From: Octopus vulgaris
Taxonomy: Eukaryota
Reading direction: 5' to 3'
NCBI GenBank assembly: GCA_951406725.2
Contig: OX597819.1
Coordinates: 106,640,001-106,704,000 of the forward strand
Length of the DNA: 64,000 bases
Position numbers and translations under genes: made by a program. How positions within the stretch are numbered: position 1 is the first letter of the stretch; every line of letters begins with the position of its first letter. Shown here piece by piece: positions 54,370 to 64,000 of the stretch. The notes under the pieces were generated by a model. The model saw only the letters and a list, made by a program, of their open reading frames with translations, ran no database searches and was not told where the DNA came from.

Positions 54370-54835
54370 TAAATTAAAGGAGACAAAAAAAACAAGCAGG
54401 TGTGGAATTTATAGGACATTTATAAAGAGAAAGGTAGTTTACAGCTGTTTCTGTGATATTAGGGATATCCCTTCATCAGAGACAATATGAGATAGTTGAC
54501 TAGAGGGAAAGAGTAGAGTTCAATATAAGGGGTTATTTTGGAAAAGGATGAATAGAGGAAGTATACAGGGAATTAAGAGAATAAAAATAAAATTAGAAAT
54601 GTATGTAGGATGTCACAGTTGCAGTTCCATTATCCAAGGAAATTGCTCTGTAGAATGGACAGAAATGCTTATTGTCCATGGTGTACAGATTACGATGGGA
54701 GTTCATATTTTGCTATTACAAGTGAATAATGTGTAGAAATAAATTCCATGTGCTGTTCATTCAAAGGGTTGTTGTGGTGTGAATGAAATTTTGAGAATGT
54801 ACTTGTAAAGGTAAATAGATAGAGAGAAGAGAATG
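54370..54835 (-). mobile_element. Non-coding PLE-like unit between (TA)n tracts
   Basis: Contains a canonical HHR near its 3' end; bounded by TA microsatellites. Confidence 0.5.
54436..54484 (-). ncRNA. Type-I hammerhead ribozyme with canonical core
   Basis: gtct CTGATGA a gggatat cccta atatcac a GAAA cagctg TA aac; palindromic stem III acagctgt; stems I and II are imperfect. Confidence 0.72.
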
Positions 54836-54902
54836 TATACTTATATACATATATATATATATATATATATGCGTATGCATGTATGGATTACCCATAGATG
54901 AG

Positions 54903-55130
54903 GGGGCGCGTGGTTTAATTGTTAAGGGCTTGCACTCATGTCTCTAAGATGCCTGGACTGAGTGATGCGTTCAGTTCTTGAGCAACACATTACTTTTCAC
55001 GTTGCTTTAATCCACAAATCTGGCAAACATGTATAATCCTGTGATAGGCGGGCGTCCAGTCCAATGGGGAAGCATATATATAATAAAACTCGGTGAAACT
55101 GTATATACGAGCGTATGGCTCGGGAAGGAT
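54903..55130 (+). mobile_element. Degenerate tRNA-derived SINE of a third family
   Basis: ggggcgcgtggtttaattgttaagg head; ttcttgagcaacacattacttttcacgttgct CORE-like body. Confidence 0.55.
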
Positions 55131-55602
55131 TTTTACTCTTTTTTTATTAATATCTACATACACGTAGACGAGGATTGAGAAATTAATGTACATAGACGCA
55201 CATAATATAACACAGAGACACTATTTCTTCCATTAATGTTTGTGCATTTATGTGTATGTGATGTGAGCGTATGTGAGTGTGTCTGATTGAGTGAGTGTGT
55301 GTTTGTGGCGAACAAAATTGCCCCGTTACACCACAGTCTGCGATTCGAATCAAATCATTAAAATGGAACGTGGTAGATGAGACAGAAACTGCATATTTAA
55401 TGTATAATCATAATTTTGGAAACAAATTTTAATTGAATTTTATTGCATAAAATATCTCTTAAAAAATGAATCACTGTATCGCTTGACTGGTAGAACTGAG
55501 CAAGTGTGGTTGGTATTTCAAAGAGCGTTCGAATGATAACAAATCCATTGAACAAATTATTTACACACACACACGCATGCACCACACATGTTCATACATT
55601 CG

Positions 55603-55641
<39 letters not shown>

Positions 55642-55834
55642 CACATATATATTTACATATGTATACATGTGTGTGCATGAGAATGTATGCTTTCGTGTGT
55701 ACACACAGACATGACAAGTAAATACATACACCATAAAACATGCTCCATGTTTATTCTAACTTGTAAAGGTTTATAGTTTTTATTAATTGACATTCTTATG
55801 TTTCAGGTTCTATATGTGACTGTTTAATCGTGTC

Positions 55835-56785
55835 ATGTACAAAAGAAGCTTTTGAACTGTCTGAATTTCAAAGAGGCCGTATTGTAGATCATTCCGAAGG
55901 TGGACATAGTCAGCGTAAAATCGCAGAAAATCTTGGGATCCCGCTTTCTATAGTTAACACAGTGATTATTTAATTCACCAAAGAGGGGAAGGAGTCCACA
56001 TCACCTCGCCCAGATCAAGCAGGGCCTTCTAACAGGACCCTTCTTTTTGTTAAGAGAAGTATGGAGGATAATCCTCAGACATAGCAGAACAAGTGGGCTT
56101 TAGTCCCAGAAAAGTTGTCAGGTATCTCCACAAACTTGGTTACTATGGCAGAGTAGCAAGAAGGAAGTCACTTCTTCGACCAGACAACATCAAGCGGAGA
56201 AATAATTGGGCCAGTGAGATGGTGGTGAGGCCACTAGCATTTTGGACACGGTCATATTATCTGATGTGCCCAGATTTGCTGTATTTCCTGATAGTGGTCG
56301 AGTGTGTGTCTGGAGATGCTGTGATCAAGAATTTGACGTGAAACGATTGCACCCGTGAATGAAACACAACAGCTATTCTGTGATGGTCTGGAGAGAAATT
56401 TCGAACAATGGTTGATGAAATCTGGTGGAGTGTGAAGGAAACATAAACTCAGATATATGTGTCCAATCTGCTCCAGTGGTGAAATGATTAAAGAAGACAC
56501 TATTTATGGAAAAAAATGACCCAAATGACCCAAGCTTTGTTGGATGAGAATGGCATTGAAAAGCTTCTATGACCAAGGCAATCACCAGAGATGAACCATA
56601 TTGAACATCTCTAGGACATAATGGACAAGACACTTCGTAAGCAGCTTCAAAGCCAGTTATTTTGAGATTACTGCATGAAACTTTGCAAGAAATTCTGTTA
56701 GAGAATATTCATCGTCTGATCTGTAACGTGCCTAAAAGAGTCCTTGCTTAGAAAAATGCAAAGTCCATATTTACTAAATATTACA
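55835..56785 (+). pseudogene. Tc1-like (DD34E) transposase pseudogene
   Basis: [11 protein letters not shown]...[14 protein letters not shown]; LHKLGYYGRVARRKSLL; VILSD..RF; VMVW; QSPEMNHIEHL. Confidence 0.82.
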
Positions 56786-56907
56786 TATTCACATTATAAC
56801 AATAATTTCAATGTATAATTTCAGTTTTAAATAAATTTAACTTCTGTCACGTCAGTATGTATGTATGTATGTATGTATGTATGTATGTATGTATGTATGT
56901 ATGTATG

Positions 56908-57424
56908 TCAGGTCACTTTCGACTGCTACTGGTAACATGTAACCCAGTGCAACCTGTTGCATGGTCGGGTCGTCGGCGACTAAACCGGCAACCCCACCAA
57001 GCTTGCTTGGTGAGGAGGGGGTTTATTGGACACCCTGCGGGATGAAAAACAAAACCCGTCAAAGGGCGGAGGAACTCTTGAGAGTCAACGGCCATCCAAT
57101 AAATGTCTTAAGGCTGTATCATGCACGGGGACATAGAAATAATCAGACTGAATACCCGATTGCGCGGTTAAACCATTGTGAGTGAAGGACTCCTAGCCTT
57201 TGTTAGGGCATCCTTCTAGGAGAAGGTAACTCAGGTAACTAGGATAACTCCGATATAAAACCTGCGGCTCAGTGGTTACCGATGATGTTGACTTGTTCTT
57301 CTTTTCGGATTATGGCTGCTGTTCCTTAGTGAGTGGGATTGACTCAGTGCACAGCCTTTCCTCACTTTAAAAAAATCTTCTTGTACAGGCATTGCACGAT
57401 AACAACATTGAATAAGCTTCGTGC
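56908..57424 (+). mobile_element. Non-coding RTE-like insert (5' UTR-derived/SINE-like) flanked by ~130-bp direct duplication
   Basis: gggcatccttctaggagaaggtaactc...aaacc resembles RTE 5' UTRs; 56777-56907 is duplicated at 57425-57562. Confidence 0.65.
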
Positions 57425-57564
57425 AATATTAAATATTCACATTATAACAATATATAATTGCAATGTATAATTTCAGTTTTAAGTAAATTTAACTTCTGTC
57501 ACGTCAGTATGTATGTATGTATGTATGTATGTATGTATGTATGTATGTATGTATGTATGTATAT

Positions 57565-57893
57565 ATACAGATAACGGGTGAAATATAATTAATTTGATAA
57601 AATCAATAAATTTCACCTAGTAGTATTTCGGTATGGAAAAGGACCATATTCGGTAAAAATTTATATAATTATAATAAGTTTTTTTTTGCAACAAGTTGCT
57701 TAAACCACATACCGAAAATATTAGAAATAGCAGTCAAAGGGCTACTATTTCTTTTACTACAAAAATAAGTCTCCACAAAACCCTTATAATTATATGAATT
57801 TTTACCGAATATGGTCCTTTACCAAACCGAAATACTACTAGGTGAAATTTATTGATTTTATTAAATAAATTATATTTTACCCTTTATCTGTAT
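57565..57893. repeat. Inverted repeat (arms about 120 bp, spacer about 90 bp)
   Basis: atacagataacgggtgaaatataatt...tataattataa mirrored by ttataattatat...tttaccctttatctgtat. Confidence 0.85.
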
Positions 57894-58289
57894 TGAATAC
57901 TTTTACTCCCCTACAACAAAACTACGAAACTTCGTTTAGGCAGTACTGTTTTGTGACTCACGTGGTGAGATTTTGGAGGGGGATACGAATTCGCTTGTCT
58001 ATATAAATGTGGATATGCTAGTGGACTTTTGTATCTTTCGATGTTGCTTGGTCGGAAATATAAAAGGTAAGTTTTTCCTAGCATTTCTAGATTTATGGGA
58101 AATATTATGTTGATAAGGAATTGAACTTTACGATTCTAATCCAGAAACGTGCGTCCATAATTAATCCAGTAGACTGTGTGGTTTCGTTGTTTTCCTTCTT
58201 CTTTTACCATATGTGAGTGACAAATACTTTTGTTTTGTGGAGACTTACTTTTGTAGTAAAAGAAAAGTGCGTCAGCGTGGGTGGGAGCA

Positions 58290-58775
58290 GGGGAACTAGC
58301 TGGTTTGAGATATGGGGTGAGCATGAAACTGGACCAGGGAGTCACGTAGATTGAGGGCTAATTTGAAGGAGGGGAGGGGCAGGTTGGAGAAGATGTGCGA
58401 AATGGAGGGGTCGGACTGGAGTCCCCGGAAGACTCGAAGAATGGTGCGTTGGAGAGGCAGAGTGGAGGGGTGGTAGGTGAGGGAGAACGGGAAATGGGTA
58501 ACGGTGGGGCGGGGGCAGGGAGGGATAGCAGATACACGGTCCACGGAACGTGTTCTGGCAAGGGCGGTGTGGATAGTGGTGAGAGGATATCCACGAAGGA
58601 TGAAATGGCGAGCTATGAGTTGAGACTGAGTCTCAAAGTCATGGTTGTCACAGCTGAGCCTGTGCAGAGGGAGGAATTGGAAGTAAGGGATGGAGAGTTT
58701 GGTGTGGTTAGGGTGGGAGGAGGAGAAGTTGACGTATGAGTGTGGGTCGGTGTGTTTGTCGTGGATGGAGGTGGT
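58290..58775 (-). pseudogene. Penelope-like (Neptune-type) RT C-terminal/linker fragment, GC-rich
   Basis: KHTDPHSYVNFSSSHPNHTKLSIPYFQFL...F..RGYP...LTYHP...IF.NLPLPSFK...NLRDSLV. Confidence 0.85.
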
Positions 58776-58778
58776 GTG

Positions 58779-58810
<32 letters not shown>

Positions 58811-59124
58811 TGTGTATGTATGTATGCCTGCATGCATGCAATGAACTAAATATGCTCATTCGAAAGAAGTATCCCCAAAACTTCATAAATCATGCCACGA
58901 CCGAAATGATCTATACCTTACGGAGAAACACACATGCTAAGGGTGAAAACGACCCATAATGCTAGTAAGAATAACATCCGACATTCAGCCAAACGTCACA
59001 ACACAATTCTACATCAATCATCAGATCTCCGGCAAATAATTAAATTATCACAATTCATCGACAAGATTCATATCGGGAAAAGAAAGTGACAAACTGTGGA
59101 GTGCAACTTTGTGCCATATGTGAA

Positions 59125-59198
<74 letters not shown>

Positions 59199-59386
59199 TT
59201 GTGTGTGAATGTATGCTTTGTCAAATGTTTCTCTGTAGATATACACTTATTTCACTCATGTATTATAGTACAGTTCTTCTCATTCTCGGCATCTAAAATG
59301 AGGTGAACCAGTGATCGTCTTCTTAGAATCAGAAAGAACGACGCTACTTTTCACAATGTGCAAGATATATTTCTTTCTTTCTCTCT

Positions 59387-59487
<101 letters not shown>

Positions 59488-59789
59488 TATCTATGAGTGT
59501 ATGTGTGTGCATGGGCGTGTATGTATGCCTGTGTGTGTATTAAATTATATATAAGCACCTGAAAACCTCTTAGCACGACCGAGATATGAGGAAATTCGCT
59601 TCTAAATAGTATCCATCCTAACGATTAAGAAATCCTCTTAAAGCTTCTTAACTATATGAGCGTATTTCATATTGCGTGAGCAAATCAATTCTTAGAATAC
59701 TTCGATTATTTGAATGTCTTTGAGTTCAAAACAAATCTATGTGCATGTTGGTGATTCCCTCATCGAGCAGCTTATGTTGTCAACCAAAA

Positions 59790-59935
59790 CCGTATATAGT
59801 ATTTGTAATGAACTAAATATTACATTAGAGTGTGATGAAGTTGGTCGAATAGGTAGAGTGGGGAGCAAAATTATGGTGTCTCTGATAGTTGAACTTGGCA
59901 TCCCACCAAACACCACACATTACTTCCCTCTTCGA
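59790..59935 (-). pseudogene. Internally deleted mariner remnant
   Basis: EVMCGVWWD followed closely by PHSTYSTNF, decayed versions of KVMLCVWWD and HPPYSPDL. Confidence 0.45.
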
Positions 59936-61247
59936 TATCTGATATAATAATTCACCAGTCACGTGCCATGATTGATGAGTTTTCTCTGACAGTAAGACAT
60001 TCTTCTTATGTGGCTCGTACATAATAAATGACATATCACGGTAATAAGTACCATTTATTATTTCATTACAAATGTCTATATACGTCAGTGTGTACAGCTT
60101 TGTTCTAGGTTCAAACACGAATTGTGAATTTAATTTTCGTCCGTCTCTGATGGAAAATATATATATCAGAATTAGTCAGGTCAATCTTTCTGGCACAGCA
60201 ACTGAAAACTCCAGTGCAAATGCCGAAATAAGTAACCAATATTTCTCTATAAGATATGATATAAATTATTGATATATTTAAGCAATTTCATTTTAAAGAT
60301 CATTTGCTTGCTTCATAAAATATTATTTTAGAACTAATCATGGTTAAAAGTTGAGTAACTTTACAGTCGACTAAATTTGGTGAACACGATTTTAGATACC
60401 ATTTTGAAGATGGCATACGATTGAAATTATATTATTCAAAGGATATTAATAACATCAATCCCAACTTGATGATACTAGATTTTAATGATTTCCCCTTTAA
60501 TATTTGGTTTATTCTTCTTGGTGAAGTATGCTATGTGAGATGACAGCAATAAAAATATATTCGCTCACTATATCAATGGGATATTGCACATATACATACG
60601 TACGTACATACATACATACATACATACATACATAGATACATACGTACATACATACGTGCATACATACATACATACATACATACATACATACATACATACA
60701 TACATACATACATACATGCATACATACATACATACATACATACGTACATACATACACAATCATACCTGTATATACCTGCGTAAATATAAATTTAGTATAA
60801 ATGCAAAATAAAAGTTCTCCATATATTGTCCGTTCTTTTATCTCAACAGGTGTTTCATTAAAATGAACGCCAATAAATGTATGATTACATAAGCGAAATG
60901 TATATTTTATTGAAATTAAATTAAATCAATATATGTGTTCACCGAAATCATAAGGAGTGGTGTCGACTTTGAAATGTGAAATGTAGCGTCTGGCCTGAAA
61001 CAGAAATACCTAGTTTCAATGTAGGTTTGTAAATGAATAGAAATACCTAATAAAATCAACATATATCATCTAGTCTTTCTCATTCATTGATTATATTTTT
61101 ATATTTTTTAAAATTTGCTATATTCATATATTTGTTTGCATGTGTTTACGTTACTATGTATTCCTACCATGTATTTATGTACATTATTAATATATAAGTG
61201 TGGGGGAAAGGGGAGTCTGTCACGCAAACTCCAACGTTGAGTAACGT

Positions 61248-61344
61248 TTTCTTAAATGGCTTATAAACACCTTCCACGCTGCAATTGTTTCCGTTCCAGC
61301 AAACGATCTCAGATCAGGTCACTTGCTACGCAAGTACATCTCAG

Positions 61345-61348
<4 letters not shown>
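61248..61348 (+). repeat. Third copy of the 21770-21870 PLE-like unit end, followed by (TA)n
   Basis: ttcttaaatggcttataaacaccttccacgctgcaattg matches 22573-22611 and continues as the reverse complement of 21770-21830. Confidence 0.88.
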
Positions 61349-61417
<69 letters not shown>

Positions 61418-61598
61418 TAAACCAATCAGCTCAACCAACCAATCAGCTTAAGTAATTGAGTGATACTACACACTGATTGGTCAGAATACAGTTTGCAAAA
61501 CCTAGCACTCTGGAGCCTACCCAGCTGTATTTATAGCACAGAATCACTCATCTTGCTACAGTCAAAAATTGTGAAGCATGACTGTCAACACTACTACA

Positions 61599-61643
61599 TG
61601 AACCCGAAGATTGCAGAATTCAATGCATGAAAGTACTAGTTCA
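61599..61643 (+). ncRNA. Hammerhead-like motif, core CCGAAGA
   Basis: tgaac CCGAAGA t tgca gaattcaa tgca t GAAA gtac TA gttca: 5-bp stem I, palindromic stem III agtact. Confidence 0.6.
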
Positions 61644-61805
61644 ATCAGAATGAATATTTAACATTCTACTATTTCATTTTATTTTATTCAATTATAATAT
61701 ATTATCTTATAATATATCATTATAAGATTGTAAATAAAACGTGAAAATCAGACAAGGTTGGAATTCTTTTTATTAATATATTCTTCTATACACAATCACA
61801 CACAC

Positions 61806-61864
<59 letters not shown>

Positions 61865-61891
61865 CAGACAGAAAGAAAGAGTGAGTGAGAG

Positions 61892-62057
<166 letters not shown>

Positions 62058-63177
62058 CCCATATATGAACCGCTCGGAAGTTTATATATTTTACGTCATT
62101 CATGATTACATTTTGCAAGATTTACTTCTAAAAATAAATTATCTACATATTTGACATATATATATTTAAGAAATGCTCGAGAGACTTGATGCATGGCTAC
62201 ACATTATTCCAAGACATCTACGTATCTATAACTGTACGGGTAGCTTTGTATGACAAGAAGCCTTGAACGCGTTTAGTGATGCATGTGTGTGTTTGTATAT
62301 ACGTGTGAGATTTTCGCCTTTCGCTGGTGTACGTTATACACGTGAGTGCGTCCTTTTACCTGTAGATGCGCATTTAGGAATCTTGGTAGGCCATAAAATA
62401 CTTCAAAGAGGACTTACTTTCATCACAAAACGAAAGAGTAGAACTAAATTAAAAAAAAAAAAACATGTTCATAAGATAAGACAAGTTCGAATGTACTATG
62501 AGAAAAGCAGAGATGTTTCATTTCGGAGATGCTATTCACTAGAAGAAGTGTGATTGCGTATATTATTACTTCAAAGAACTATCGCGTATAAAATGTCAAA
62601 ATTGATTTTTTTTATCTCAAAATACACATACATCTTAGCAAAATGTTTATTTGTTTCTTTAGTGTTTTATTTTTATTTTTAATTTCCTTAATTCTCTTAC
62701 TGTGATATTGCGCTGCTATTAATAGGTCAAATATACAAGAGAAATCCAGTCATCAAACGATTCCTATTTTAATAATAATGTACATAAAGTGATGAGCGCT
62801 TTTAGCTTTTAGCGTAGGATTTTCGATATATATATATATATACAGAGAGAGAGAGAGGGGGGCTGTGTGGGTGTGTTAGGTGTGGCATACAGAAATTGAA
62901 TATTGAGAAAAAAGTCTTCAGAACTTTGGAAAAAAAATATTTTTATTGCTTCAATATTATTAGCGCTTTCGTTAGTTTCTCGAACTTGTGAAATAAAATT
63001 TTGTGAATGTACAAACAGTTTGTTGGTTTATATAAAACATGTTTTTTTAAGGTTTTGTTTAGCAGAAGAGAACATTGTTTATGATTTTCGGGGTGAGGTA
63101 CCGTGACAATGAGGTAGATAGATAGAAATATAGGTAGGTAGATAGATATATCTAGCTACTGATAGATATATAGATAT

Positions 63178-63508
63178 GTTTCTTTATTAGCCACACAGGG
63201 CTGCACACAGACAGAACAAATTACAAGGTAGAGCTTTTCTTTTGGGGGTAAAAAAAGGGGGTTGGTTTTCGATCAAAAGGGTTCGTAAAAGGAAAGAAAG
63301 AGGACAAAAAAAGGGGAGGATTTAAAAAAAGGGGGGAGAGAGGGAAAAAAAGAAAAGGGGAGAGGAAGAAAAAAGTTGATCAATAGGGATCGTAATCACA
63401 GAAATGTCAATATGAAGTGTAAAGGGGAGGACAGGTGAGGTTTACCCGTGGAGGGAAAAGCCTACGGAAAAGACCACGGTAACCTCGGTCAATGAAGTCA
63501 CATGTTAT
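63178..63508 (-). mobile_element. 3' UTR fragment of the same Tx1-like LINE family as 5298-6452
   Basis: Reverse complement shares ttgaccgaggttaccgtggtc...aaaagctctaccttgtaa...ctgtgtgcagccctgtgtggctaataaagaaac; 3' end runs into degenerate (GATA)n. Confidence 0.88.
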
Positions 63509-63802
63509 ATTTTAGTGAAACCTTTCTTGCTTTCTTTCTCTCTTCCCTCTTTTTTCTCTTTTACCTCTTTTTTCTCTTTTACCTCTTTTATCTTTCCTTT
63601 TCTCTTCTTCCCTTCTTTTATCTTCGTTCTCTCTTTTTCTCCAATTTCAGTTGTATTTAGAATAAAAATGTACTGTCTCCACTTTTCTTCCAAACATTTC
63701 ATTTTAGAGAGAATTTTTGGATAAAATGTAGTTCTGCATAAAAGAAAATCATTAGTATAATATTTACAAATTAAACATTAAGGTAAAAATAAATAAATAA
63801 AA

Positions 63803-63907
<105 letters not shown>

Positions 63908-64000
63908 ATATATATACATATATGTATGTATGTATATATACAAAGCTGGAGCATCCCAATGTTACACATATATGTAACTGAACATTTTGTAGAGATGAGC

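Overview
AT-rich, microsatellite-saturated eukaryotic DNA. The SINE and Penelope repeat types suggest an octopus/cephalopod genome (inference, not a database result). I find no credible host exon, rRNA, intact tRNA gene or CRISPR array, and most entries in the ORF track are translations of simple repeats or antisense frames. The window is a transposon graveyard: a Tx1-like LINE in (TATC)n, Dong/R4-like LINEs in (AAT)n, at least six Penelope-like (PLE) coding remnants including one near full-length copy, a complete degenerate Chapaev3-like transposon with TIRs and TAA TSD, a Helitron Rep-helicase pseudogene, Gypsy, CR1-like, hAT, mariner and Tc1 remnants, and many tRNA-derived SINEs. The most interesting signals are: (i) about 10 minimal type-I hammerhead-ribozyme (HHR)-like motifs from different repeat families, several with non-canonical cores but intact stems; (ii) a candidate tRNA-headed SINE ending in a canonical HHR with a PLE-style inverted tail copy; (iii) a ~780-bp palindrome that duplicates flanking DNA; (iv) an RTE-like insert with a ~130-bp target duplication; (v) a SINE tail shared with the Tx1-like LINE. 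All translations, folds and alignments were done by eye, so boundaries are approximate and family names come from recalled motifs.
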